Shown here piece after piece: positions 14,627-26,970 of a stretch of DNA of 41,764 bases (position 1 is its first letter; every line of letters begins with the position of its first letter). The notes beneath the pieces are model-generated. The model saw only the letters and a program-made list of their open reading frames with translations. It was not told the DNA's origin and ran no database searches. Both the position numbers and the translations under genes were made by a program. The stretch is from positions 188,648 through 230,411 of the forward strand of contig JALDTO010000135.1 of assembly GCA_023515725.1 (NCBI GenBank), written 5' to 3'. Origin of the DNA: Amoeboaphelidium protococcarum X5. Its lineage: Eukaryota; Fungi; Aphelidiomycota.

Positions 14627-14642
14627 GGTGTTTTTAAACACC
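14627..14642 (+). promoter_or_regulatory. Histone 3' UTR stem-loop (H3 copy 2)
   Basis: AAAAT-GGTGTT-TTTA-AACACC-TTCA. Confidence 0.75.
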
Positions 14643-14848
14643 TTCACTTTGCACTACTTTTCTGATGTACTGTGAAATGAAATTTCATATGTGCTCATTT
14701 GGACACTGTTCTAAAGTTATAGAATATGTTGTTAAAGCTGGGCACTAGAGCAAATGTCTTTATGTAAATCATCTAGCATTAAGATTAAAGTTAGGTGAGC
14801 AATAAGAGACTACATTTTATTGCTATACACTTTTTCATAAGCTTTCAC

Positions 14849-15787
14849 TCACTATAACTGTTTACACACAGCCTCTGATGTTTTCAAGTATGAAGAAAGT
14901 CCTCCAACCTCGAGGCGCCCATCAAGTTGTAAGCCTTTAACTCGCACTTAGCCGCAGCTATTGACCAAGTACGCGATAAAACTTCCCATTGAATCTCGCA
15001 GTTTGAAATTCTATTACTCTACCGAATCAAGATAGACTTGCAACTCTTCAATCACAGAAGGCTTAAACACGTAAAAGCACGGGCATGCATTATTTTGGCC
15101 TGGCTCTACTTATTGCGGCTTTTCGCGGAACTTCTATACCATCTAAGTCTTGGGATCTATTTGGAGTACTCCCACTGACGAACACTCCTCCGGAGGACAC
15201 TTATAGTACGTCAAGAATACATCTAAAGAATCGTTAGCACCGAATTAAGCGAGAACTTGTCCCATATTAAACTTGTTAAACTCATCCAATTTGAAGATTG
15301 TATCACCTGCAATCACGACAATATTGTCAGATACCAAATTGAAATGCTGAAGACCAAGCTGTAGATCTTAAACAGCTCCGAGTCGTTTACTATTACTTTA
15401 AACACCATTACTGTAGACATTACGCGTCGGCACTCCCTTATTCTAAGCCCAAGCAAGAAACTGCTGGTTGTATAGACTGTTAGTGATCACGAAAATATCC
15501 TCAATGCTGACAACAGGAGAACTATCGTTGCCGCACAGTAATACATCAAGCCAATATGAGAGCAAAGAGTCAAACATTCCAACAGGCAGCAAAGCTTTAG
15601 GCAACGACAACAAATGATCATACTTGGAACATTGACCGTTTAGACGCGAATATTCTATGATGTCCTTTTACAGTCTTGTGCCAAATCCTACAGGTTGTTA
15701 CAGCTCTTAATATAACAATTGTCAAATAAGCATTATCCGAGTAGACTTGCCTGCACATAGGAATATAAACTTGGCTTGTAAAGTCAT
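14849..15787 (-). CDS. Nucleotide-diphospho-sugar transferase / NTP-transferase family protein
   Basis: FIFLCAGFGTRL...LPKALLPVG...VVIAGDTIF. The CAGFGTRL motif requires removal of a GC-AG intron at 15688-15750. Confidence 0.85.
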
Positions 15788-16534
15788 TTTCAAAGATTTT
15801 ATGACAAGTAGAAACTTGGATCTGCAGGCCAAAATAAAGAGGCCAAGTGCGGCTGATTTCTTAATCAAGATAAAACAGTAGATATGAAAATCTTACGTTA
15901 ATGAACTACTGATAGACGGTGTACAACGCGTAAAGTCTTCTACTAGTATGACCGATCTCAAAGCAGTATTAAAAAGTCGGTAAGGACGGTTTTACAAACG
16001 TTGAATTTATATCACACATCATCGCCGAATATAATCGTGCAGACTTCCGACGCGACTCCACGTTTAGCTCTTGCCTCTTCAGTTATTTGGTATAATGTAA
16101 CCGATTCGCCATTGTCATTGGAATGCATTTGTACCAAGAGCTTGCCTTCCGGCGCAGAGGCACTAACGTTGAATACCCAAACGAAGCGCTCTGCCTATTA
16201 GGGATCATCGCTGATCAGAAACTCTTCAATTTCATCTTTGTCTTGTTCTCAAGCATGCCAACAGTTTTCTCGAATCGTAAGCGTCAGAGGTCACTTCGAA
16301 TTCCTGATTTCCATAATCAAAATGGACAATGGTGGGCTCTTTTCTTCTTCTTCTTCTTCTCATTATTGCACTCTATCACACCGTGCAAATGCTTCCACAG
16401 GTGCTTTATGGGTAAACGAGTGGCCAAAAATGTACAACTAACTCCCTGAGATACGGTTTTCTCTTCCTCGCATGATTGAACAAAAGGTTTCAACTAACAT
16501 TAATATTTGGTTATCATTAATCCACATCAATAAT

Positions 16535-17467
16535 ATGAAGAATAAAATATTATGGCTAAAAACTGATCCTGTTAAGTAAAGAGGTTGGAATATCCCGTCA
16601 AAACCAATGAGTATTGATGAGATTCGCCAACTTTTAAAGCCTGAAATATTAACAGGTATTATGAATGCTATTTCCGCAGAGTCCTCATTACATGTCAAAC
16701 CATCAACTAAATCTGAATAGAAGCTGTAATAATCCAGGCGTAGTGCAGCAATCCTACTACCTCTATGTGATGTCTCAACTTATGACCACTCTGGAAATAT
16801 AATTTCATCTAAGATTCCGTCAGTGCTGTTCACAGTTAGAAATCTCAAACTTCGATCACATGCTGGTGAAATTGCTTTTCCAGGTGGACTTCATGATCCC
16901 ACTGATTCTCGAGATAATCATGGCACATTGATAAAAATGGAGTAAAACGTCGATTTAAAAGGTAAATAGCATCTGCTCAGTACCATGACCAGAGAAGTGA
17001 GTGAAGAATTGCAGATTTTTAAAATGCACCTACTTGGCAGTCTTCAAACAGTTCCAGATAAGACTGGATCTATAGCGGTGACTCCCTTTGTCGCGCACAT
17101 TGGTGAGATTAAAAGACATTAGAATTAGACAAAACGTAATGTTATAGAGTATGTGTATGATGTGAATTATAATCGACCAGAGATATGTCATGTATTTTCG
17201 CGGTCGTTGAGTGAGCTGCTTAATCCTGCTAATATTGCGTAATAAAAGTTCCGTGGTAATGATAAACTCATTGTTCCGACATTTAAAGGTTCGCAGATTC
17301 CGAGTCATCTCCTGTCTGATTACAAATCGCTGGGTGAAGATCACTGTTATTTGAATATTTGGTCTAAAGAGTCAGTGGAAGAGCAGTTGGATCCTGCAGA
17401 GCATTTTCGTATCTGGGGCCTCACATCATGGGTGTTATATCACTTTCTAAAGAATCTTATCAAGTGA
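16535..17467 (+). CDS. Nudix hydrolase, CoA diphosphatase type (NUDT7/8, Pcd1-like)
   Basis: SAAILLPL, SVLFTVRNLKLRSHAGEIAFPGG, TMTREVSEEL and RIWGLT. Start codon uncertain. Confidence 0.85.
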
Positions 17468-17572
17468 TATACTCAAGTTTTAGCAAAACATTATGCTTAT
17501 AAAATAACAAATGATGACGTTGATTATATACATATAGATCACTTTAAGACAATTCTTCAGAGGAGGCAAGTA

Positions 17573-18820
17573 TCAACTACTAGGCGCAATGATATTCCTG
17601 ACATCTTCAACCCAGCGAAGAGCTTCCAACACGGGGAGGAAATCGAGTAGAGACTCATCAATACTTGACGTGATAAAGCTATCAATTAGCAGGCCGTTAT
17701 TGGGATGCAACTTCATGCTATTTACACTATTATCCAGTAATATAACTCTCTTCATCATTTCTTCCTTTTGATCATCAGTCAATTACCGCTGCCGGGCATG
17801 AGATTAATTCTACTACTTTCTACCATTCGAACTATACTCGGATTAGCTAGCCAGTGGCTTCTATGTACCATCTTATTTGATATCCAAACGTCGCCTATGA
17901 CGATGATGATGATGTCGCGCGTATGATCCATTCCACTTGGTCACAGCGTGCCAGAGATCTTTCACGTATATTATTACCGGGTGAGTAGACGCGATATGAC
18001 AATCTTCTCTATAGAATCGCTGCAAATGCCTTAAGAACTTTACACCACTAACACGCTCAATATGATCTATGACTGCATCCGCGTACTATTGCACAGAGGC
18101 TGTGAAAATACACAGATCATACCACTGATGCAATCGCTATAAAAAGTAAATCACATGAGGTCGGAAGTAAACTTGGTACAGAATAGGATGATTATTAACA
18201 GTAATTTCTATAGTGAGTTCAGGAGACATGGTACTCACAGCATATTCATAATGATTGTATTAGCCTCGTCGACGTGTTGACCGAGAGGACTGCATTGATG
18301 CCGAATGGATAAGAGTTTCATCAAGATCCAGAATCAATAACTTTCTACTCAATTTAATTTCGTTCAAGGATGAGAATATTGCATCTGGCATCTAATCCTA
18401 TTTTTAATAATTCTTTTAATGAAAATGCAGTTATTCGCTGGCACTTTCATTACCTTATATAGAGCTTTCGTACCCAGGCCCCTGGTTCACAGGCGGCTAC
18501 ATCTGCGACTACTTGGTCGATCTCTATTATTCCTAAATTAAATGCTACCGCTTTCGCTTTACTCTGGTAGCAACTTTACTCTGACTCAATTATTACCTTA
18601 TCTTATCCAAAGCATCCAAATTGAGATCAAGCCTAGGCTACTTCACGTAGATGTCCCCATACAACATCAATCCTAATCTGCGACCTATATGGATAACCAA
18701 TATCCTGACTAGAATGAAGCGACATAGCTCGTACAGCAGTACAATTACATGCTTCACCAGATGAATTATGGTAGAAGCAATATACAAAATATTTAAATAC
18801 AAGTACGTATAGAATGGCAT
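17573..18820 (-). CDS. NIF/FCP1-family HAD phosphatase (Nem1/CTDNEP1-like)
   Basis: Hydrophobic N-terminus; LLILDLDETLIHS catalytic motif; RPHV, IFTAS..YAD, ILLDNS and LLDFLPVLEALRWVEDVR. Start could be 18838. Confidence 0.88.
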
Positions 18821-19070
18821 ATTCCGGCATTAAAACATTAACAATTTTCTCAAGCGTATAAAGAAATGAAATGGAATGATCGGCGAGGCGATGGTTTTGT
18901 GGCCGTGCGAGTAAAACACTGTTAGACAGTTGACACAACACGAAACTCGAATCGCTTGATTCAATCATCAGATCAAGATCACACACACACATGCTTACAA
19001 TGTTTGAGATAATGAAGATAATACACATTGATATCGTATTGATATAAGCAGTATACTCAACCTAATTGTA

Positions 19071-19103
19071 AAAACAAATGTATTTCTATCACAGCTAAAC
19101 ATC
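19071..19103 (+). repeat. 33-bp direct repeat, left copy (right copy at 20043-20075)
   Basis: AAAACAAATGTATTTCTATCACAGCTAAACATC occurs at both positions. Confidence 0.92.
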
Positions 19104-20014
19104 TTTAAAATTCCGACATCGTGTGGAGCGCCAAAATTTTCAAAGACTAAGTGATCGGAAGAGAATGATGATTTCGTTAAATAGAGTGATGATTAGTAGC
19201 AAGAATACTGCTTTATAAAAGTATACACTATTGGTCATATATCCATTATAGTATGGGTTATTTCATAAGCGCCAATCAACGTTAAGCACCAAAATAGTAT
19301 CACTGTGCAACTTCTTTAACAATTTATCAAATGACTACATTTTCCCCCAATGTGACGACGTGTAGCAACACTCTCATCAAAATAAAAGACATTTTCAAGC
19401 CACTGATCAAAATGCCCAAGCAGGTCCGTTTCAGCGATACTGTTTCTGAACATCTGATTGAATAACGCGTAATCTCTCGCGCCATCTCCTCTAATCTTGT
19501 TTCAACACATAGCAAGATGATGAACATTGAGAATTCTTATTTAAAGAAACAGGTTGAGAGCTTGGAATTACTGGTCAAAAGTTTGCAAGGGTAGGCTATG
19601 GCCACCCAGAAGATGACATATGAATAAGTAATGGCTTTACAAAGCCAGCTGGAAAGTAGCAAGGCGTATATTGCCCATCTGGAGCATAAGGTGGCCTCTG
19701 TGGAAGATGAGAAGGGCGTACAGAGTCCTGCTACTGAAAGTACGGGCCACATGAGCCTCGATAGTAAATGATATATGGATTATTAACGTCATTTATTCCA
19801 TTTTAAGGTGAGATTGTCAGCAGCTGATCGAGACGCGACTGAAATTGCTGCCTCTCAAACATTTCACGCCAAATCTCGTGTTTATGGCGTTACGGATTGT
19901 AATGAGAACTGATGCAAATATATAGTTCAATTACAATATTAATGTTCGATTGAAATTAATATGTTATCCAAAAGTTATATTTTCTAACTACGAGCTCAGC
20001 CACATCGAGTTTAA
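19101..20014 (+). repeat. Segmental duplicate of about 26952-28101
   Basis: Near-identical over 19101-19771 at an offset of 7851; the 3' part is more diverged and has indels. Confidence 0.92.
19331..19771 (+). CDS. Hypothetical 146-aa coiled-coil protein with a KQVRF (RVxF-like) motif, copy 1
   Basis: ATG-to-TGA frame with TAR=Gln: MTTFSPNV...PKQVRFSD...LKKQVESLELLVKSLQ...; frame conserved in copy 2. Confidence 0.7.
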
Positions 20015-20042
20015 AATGGTATTGCGCGATAACCTTATTAAC

Positions 20043-20075
20043 AAAACAAATGTATTTCTATCACAGCTAAACATC
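20043..20075 (+). repeat. 33-bp direct repeat, right copy
   Basis: Identical to 19071-19103. Confidence 0.92.
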
Positions 20076-20098
20076 ATTGCAAATCAAGTACAAAGTAA

Positions 20099-20839
20099 TC
20101 AATTCCTATGCAAAGATGTTGAATCATGTAGGGGACATTTCACAGACGACACCTTGGCAAACCATAGCCGTATACACTGCAGGTGATACTTGCAAAGGCA
20201 ACTGAGTAGAGCTATTGAATCGCCAACTTTGAAATCCTCCAAGCATATTCCACACTCTTCCGTGTCTGACCTCTTATCATAAGACATGATCACATAACTG
20301 GTCTGAGGAGACACGGTGGAGTTGAAACACGACTCCAAGTGCGATTACTACCGAGTAATCTACCAACCGGCAATTGATATACCACAAATTGGACACTGCT
20401 TCATACCATCACTGATATCCCGTCTTTACCGTCCTCTAGATTATTATTAGTGAGCCGGCCTACGTTATGCAATCGCGCGATAAGAATCAGTGATTAACTC
20501 GTCATCTATTGATCGACTTTGCGAACGATGATAATGTGTTGAGTGATGCCTATCTTCCGCATTATGGGGATTTCTAACCATACCTAGTTGACTATTACAA
20601 CTATCGCATACTCGCACTCGCTATAAATCATCGTACTTGTGTGGATGCTTTAGGAAATATTAATACTCGGCACTGGAGACTGATATACGCTTATTAGTGC
20701 AGTTGTGACAGAATATCAATCCACACAGGCGACAGTGATGCCTTCTGATAAAAATCCCGAAATATGTTCCGCAATCATTACAGCATTAAACTTCATCATC
20801 TCTCTACCACCTCTATCTCTAACTCTAAGTATCATTCAT
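20099..20839 (-). CDS. FYVE and RING-H2 E3 ubiquitin ligase (Pib1-like)
   Basis: WQRDDEV..C..C...FGIFIRRHHCRLCGLIFCHNC (FYVE) and ECGICLEDF...LSCLCKYHLQCI..WF....KCPLH (RING). Confidence 0.9.
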
Positions 20840-21077
20840 ATTAAATCTTTAAATGAATAGAATAATATATGTAAATACTCGGTTAAAATTATTGTGAAGA
20901 TCGATGATAAAGAAAAGTGTATTCTCTCCATCAATCAAAGTGATGAGATCAGCTGACTGATCAAACAAATCTAACACTTTAGCACTAGTTTAACTGGACC
21001 CAATTGATTGCTAAAAAATTTAACTTTTATTGTTCATCAACGCAGAAGTAGTAAAGCAAAACCGAGAATCTTAATGT

Positions 21078-22565
21078 TCACCAGTCGTCGTCTTCATCTT
21101 CAGAGCCACTGTCTTCGTCCTAAACTGATCCACCCATCGCTGCCTGACGACTCATTAGAGCCATTTTCAACGCGCTGGCAACATCACCACCACCGGCTCC
21201 GCTTGCAGCCAAATCTTCATTAGAAGTCTTCTGGTTAGCTTCTCTTTCGGCAGCAGGTTTAAGCACAGACTTGCCACCGGAGCGGATAGCATCTAGCAGA
21301 GCATTACGGCCATCTCCCGCATCGCTAGATGGAATACTAGCTTTAGGAGCCTTTGCAACAGGAGAAATGTTGTTGGCAGGTGGAGATAATGGTGGCATAG
21401 GAGGAGGCGCAGGAGCAGATGGTACGCCTTGTTATGGGGCAGCGTAACTCTACTCTTGTGGCTATTTAGACACCGGTGGCTGAGAGACACTTCTACTGGG
21501 CATTGGTGGTGGAGGTGCCGTGGTCTATGGAGCACTTACTTGAGGCTATGCGCGTCCCGGTACAGGAGGTACCTGCCTATTAGGAACAGGCGGAGGCACT
21601 CTGACAGCAGTCTGCACTTATTAAGACTATGGAACGGGCGGCTTCACCGGAGGAAGACCTGGAGCAGCTCTGCGTGAATCAACTCTCTCTGTAGTCTGAG
21701 GTTCATCCACACGCTAAATTTAAGGTGGCCCTGGTGGAACTGCAGCAGATGAGCTACCACCACCACCACCGCCACTCTCCTTGTAGTTGCTCATGAAATC
21801 AAAGATAAACTTGGCGGTGCTCTAATCCTTCAACTGCTCTTCCGTAATACCAGCCTTCTCAAACACTTTATTCCACTCTGGCGGGACATTGACCATATTG
21901 AAGCCACCTTCAGCACTGTATCCCACATGAGTCAAATGGCGAAAATTGGATGGCTACCCAATCTAAGACTTATCAATACGACCACCGCCGCCGCCACTCT
22001 TCTTCCCTTTTTTGGCTGAAGATCCAACACCTCCTACAGCGCCAGCGCCACTACTCACAATACCGCCAGACTGTGGTCCAATACCAACACCAGAATTCTA
22101 TCTAGAGCCAACGGATGATCCACCTGATGGACGACTGTTCAACTTCAAGTTATCTCTATTCATCACCTTGGAATAGAAACTTATACCCTCATTATCATCA
22201 GCAAACGACAGCCCATACATCATATCATCACCACCAAAACTATGGAACCATGCTCTATCCTGGCGATAACAATTCTGATTAGCTGGCGAACTGAAATCCC
22301 TATACAACTCCTACTCCCACACCACCTTGCCAGTATTCAAATCAACCATACGGAAGAAGAAAGTATTCATACGTCTAGTATCCTTCATAAAAGCGATGGC
22401 ACCAGTTAATGCATAATTCCAATCTCTATTAGATACTGAATGAGCAGTGGCCACAGCGGTGGAATAGTACAAACGAGCAATGGTGGCTGTATAGATTTAA
22501 CAGTCATGGCCAATCGCAGCTCTGATCACCGTCTTATCTTCAGGCAATAAAGTAGCACTAGGCAT
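21078..22565 (-). CDS. WASP family actin nucleation-promoting factor (WH1-CRIB-proline-rich-WH2-C-A)
   Basis: WH1 (VVWEQELY...FHSF...GLSFADD), CRIB (IGQPSNFRHLTHVG), polyproline, WH2 (GRNALLDAIR) and acidic end EDEDDDW-TGA. Confidence 0.95.
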
Positions 22566-22820
22566 ATTTCTATTTTACTAATTATAATATCAATTAGTAA
22601 ATTCAAATGAGTCTCTTTGTTGTTAATTAATCGAACTTTATGGTTTTCACTTTCAGAACAAACTATGAAAGAGAGAAAGAGAGACAATCCTGGTCAGTGT
22701 TGATTTTACGCCGAATATAGTTATTGGCTTTAGTTAAATCTTAAGGAATAAAAGACATTCATAATCAACAGTCATAGTAACATGAAACTAAGTTACAATA
22801 GTCTATAGATAGAGAGATAA

Positions 22821-23465
22821 TCATTATAGTTCAGAGTTTAGACGCTGGTAGCGTTGGAGAGCGTCAAGCTTTGACTGCAGACTGAGATAATCAGAATTGT
22901 CGAGAGCGTGAGATAGCGCTTTACTCTTACTGGAAATCTCATCAATATTGGCCAATAGCCGACCAACTTCAGACTCGGCATCCTACACGATTCCACGCAT
23001 CTTGCCTATAGTCTTACCGGCAGTGATAAACTTTTCATAATTCTCATATACCAGCGTTTTCATATCCCCGTCTAGATTCTTACACTCTTGAATTAGATTA
23101 GTCTACGTGGCTAGTAATGTTTACAGATTCTGACTCTTGAGCAGGAATGTGGTGTACTGTTCGACATTGAAATCTTTCTAATCCAGGATTGACTCTAACA
23201 GAACCGGATTACTAGCATTTTGGTTTACATTATTATTAAGATTACCAGTACCGAATGTATTACTAGATGATGATACACTGACTTAGTCTTCGCTTATCGT
23301 GGTGGGTGATGTTATTTAATCAGATACAGCGGCACCGGCTTACAGTCCATAAAAATCCTTCAATCTACTCCGACTTCTCCTCTTATCGTCTTCACTCGAT
23401 TATTACCTTGTGGGGGATAAATCTGCAGAATCGCTCAAGTTGGGAATACTAGAATTTCTGCTCAT
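22821..23465 (-). CDS. VPS51: Vps51-like GARP complex subunit (short form)
   Basis: RSRLKDFYGL...FNVEQY...LDGDMKTLVYENYEKFITA..TIGKM. Confidence 0.88.
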
Positions 23466-23800
23466 AACTATTATCTCTCCGCTAATCACTATTTTATCCT
23501 AATCAGTACGGTAGAGAAATCTTCAGCTCTCACTACACAGAGGAAAAGAAGTGAATAATCTTCTTGATCAACCAGCTGACTGATTTGACCGTTTCAGATT
23601 TCCGGTTTTGGAGAAGAAACTGTTTCTCCCGTTTGTTTCATTTCTTCTCTTTCATTACTACCATCAACAGCAATAATATACTATCATTTTTATTATTGGT
23701 GTTTATCCTCATCATCATAGTTCTTTCTACTTAACTCTTTGGCTTCAGATTCTTCCTGATTTTGAAATTTCTAAACTAACGTCTTAGGTTTGTGTAAAGT

Positions 23801-25063
23801 ATGGAGGTGTTTGAAGAGATATTCAGGTACACTGTCGAATATTTGACTCATGAGCACAATAATCATCATCATCATCATCATCATCACTTGTATCAGCATG
23901 ATGATATCTACGTGGGTAATAAGTAGGGATTCTGGGGACCTTCGAGTAGTACTGTGGACTGGTGTGAGGTGAATTATGAACGGTCGTATTACATCGCAGA
24001 GTTCTTTAACACTGTTTCATCTCTGGCCATGGTCGTGGTTGGACTATGTGGAGTGCTGTGGCATCTGCGTATATTGGAGAATAGATATCTGCTTGGACTG
24101 GCTGTGGTTTGTGTAGTCGGTGTTGGTAGTATATGCTTCCATGGTACGCTTCTATTTGCTTTACAAATGTTGGATGAATTGCCAATGATATACTCGGCAT
24201 TGATTATGACTTTCTGCGTACTCGAGCACACCACGCCCAAAGGTCAACGCAAGTATCCATGTCTTCCGTATATTCTGACTGCTCACTCTATTATGACCAC
24301 CGCTTTAGTTGCATCTCCTGCTCTATATCCCGCGTATTCTTCACCTCTACTCCAATTCGTATCATTTCATTTATCATTCGCAGCTCTGGAACTGTTCCTC
24401 ATCTACACTGTGACCAAATGGTACTTTGAAGAGAAAAAGTAGCGGTAATTATAAGTTGCCACTTTAGAATAGAAATCCAGCAGGGATGACCATAAGAAGG
24501 AGATTTAGAAACTTGATGATATGTTGACACTTCATCTGCGAGGATTGGCATTGTGGCTGATTGGAATTGGGTGTTGGGTGGCGGATTATTGCGGATGTGA
24601 GTACTTGTGGGAGGGCGGTTAGTCTTTCAGATTGAAGTATCTGACGTGGAAGTTGTCTCTTTAATTCATTGGACTACCGCGTAGATCTCTCATTCTATCC
24701 GTTCCTAATCCGTAATTACATGCTTGGTGGCATATTTGTGCTAGTTCTGGTCTTTACATGATGTGCATCATGGTGGCCTATAAGCGATTATTGCTTCTCG
24801 GCAAAGGCAATGAGGTTGAAATAAGGTACTACCTTGGCATTGTGCCGTACATCTGTCAGTTGCAGTCTATTTAAAAGAACAAGAGGTAAATCGGTGGCGT
24901 CAGTTCTTTATCCGGCACTATAAAGAAGGCTTACAATGAAGAGAATAAAGATGAGATTGTTGATGGTGAAATAATAGCTGCAGATGTTAATAATACTGGC
25001 AGCTAGTAACAGAACGATAGCAGAACTAGGAGACGTAAAGGATCAGTCAAACGTGCAAAGTGA
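23801..25063 (+). CDS. Alkaline ceramidase (ACER3/Ypc1-like)
   Basis: GFWGP.SSTVDWCEVNY..SYYIAEFFNTVS, GS..FHGTL...QMLDELPM and PQLHAWWH (Gln encoded by TAA at 24713); poly-His tract near the N-terminus. Confidence 0.93.
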
Positions 25064-25158
25064 TGTATAGCATAAAAGAGCTTTGATGCAATTAGCTAGT
25101 GATTAATGATAATATTACACTTATTTTATAATCATTAATATTCCATTACTTCAAATAT

Positions 25159-26970
25159 TCACTAAATGTTCCAGAGTTATCGAAAGGCTAGCTATATGTA
25201 TGGTGTAAATACATTTTTGATGGCCACATTGACAATCTCCTGCATGTCTTCTTGATTATTAGATGAAGAGGAAGAAGATGATTACTCCACGTTAGTAGCT
25301 CCAATCTTCTCCAACGATTACTGTAACGAACGCTGCATGGAGGAATGCAACTTTACAAAGAGCAAACTTCTTATCGCATTAAATAAGACCAAGTAATCAT
25401 TACTAAGGGCGGCCAGCACGGGAAACTGCTAGAGCATATCAGCACCACTTGACTTGAAATTAATAGCCGTCAATGAACATTATTCACACGATTCCTTCAA
25501 TAGTTCTAAATTCAAATTATTACCACCAGCACCACTCTGCGCTGCAACTGTAAAGTTTTTATAGCCAAATAAACTCACAAACTCTGAATACTTGGCCACA
25601 ATGACATCGAGATTCTAATTGAACAACTGCAGAATCTTGTCATAATATAAAGGCACGAATAACCATCTGGCGTCAAATCCTTTTCGACTGAGCGCCACTC
25701 CAAAATGCATGGATTAAGTCAATGATTGAGATATAATGGCAAAGCTATCGGCATTATCCAATAAAGTCTTTAGCTCAGTGCAAATTACATCCCGCAGAAG
25801 ATGATGCAAGAATAGACTCAGTGCACTCTCAGGATCTTTCAGAATAGAGTCGTCATTTAGATTAGAGTGATAACCATCATCATCATCATCCTCGTGTGTC
25901 TACTTGCCATCTTTAATTGATTAAGATTAGGAAGTAATTGAAATCTAAGTAAATATCGCCATGTAAACACTAATGATATCTAACGTAAATGATCTACAGA
26001 AATCTATAAACTGTTTTAGCACCTTAGACTCTGAACTTTAATGCATAGAAATAGAACTAGCAGGAGATCTCACAGATTATCCCGAATTAGATTTCTGATC
26101 AGTGCCACCTTGTTACTATTATCCTTGGTCTCCATTGGTCTAAGGAATATCAGAGCTTAGAGATTATTAAACTTGTTCCATTTTTAATTTTTACCATTAT
26201 ATTTTAAAGAAGCTTAGACGCGCCTTGAGATAGGTGGTGTGGACATATTCCTAATGAACACCATTCAGCTTGAGTTATCGAACACTTGACAAGTAATTTA
26301 CGCATCTAATGACTTGCTTAAGACTGAGGTCTTCTTTAGATAGCTCAACCTATAACAGAGAGGAGAATTCGGCCAAAAAATTAATCAAACCTTATTTTAA
26401 CTGAACTTGGAATACTTGAATGGTAGGATACTTGGTCAATAGAGCACAATACTACTGCGCGCATCGAATAAATTAATCATACTATTAACTTGACATCAAC
26501 GCTCGCAATTCTGATTCTAAATTCAACACTGACTTAACACTAATAAAGTTCTCAGAGACAAATGTACAATTCCGTAGCTGAGAGGATATCTTATTCATTG
26601 ATTCCAAGTCGTGACTACAGAGTTAGAATGACAGGTCGGCATTGGTTGAATGTGAACTTAGTAAAGATGCATTCTACAATGTTACTTCAATATTATAAAT
26701 AATGTCGTCAACCAAAAAAGTAATATTTACTTATTAAAATTTCTGTAAATATGTCTAGACTTCGACATAGTTGTGCAATTGAGCTTTTAATGACTTGTGT
26801 AGTTGTTACTTGTGTTCGCCGGTACTGAGAGCAAGCTCCGTCTCAATACTTTCCAATTCTTGTAGAGTGCAAGAACTCAACTCCCTCTCTATGAACTTCT
26901 CATACTATTCAATATCAATATCTTATAAACGAGATTTTAATGCGAGTGATAATCTTTAAAATTCCGACAT
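25159..26970 (-). CDS. COG8: Conserved oligomeric Golgi complex subunit 8 (Dor1 family)
   Basis: QSMHFGVALSRKGFDARWLF and LQQFPVLAALSNDYL..FNAIR resemble COG8 motifs (MYFGLSFSRVGADFR; LLDFPPLA..N...FNDLR). Confidence 0.75.

Noticed and set aside
19327-19527. Duplicated 66-aa minus-strand ORF (also at 27178-27378)
   Set aside because: It is antisense to the longer plus-strand ATG-TGA ORF, and its conservation just reflects DNA identity.
20950-23584. CAGCTGACTGAT present in two promoters (20950 and 23573)
   Set aside because: A shared 12-mer is expected by chance in 42 kb, so two occurrences are insufficient.
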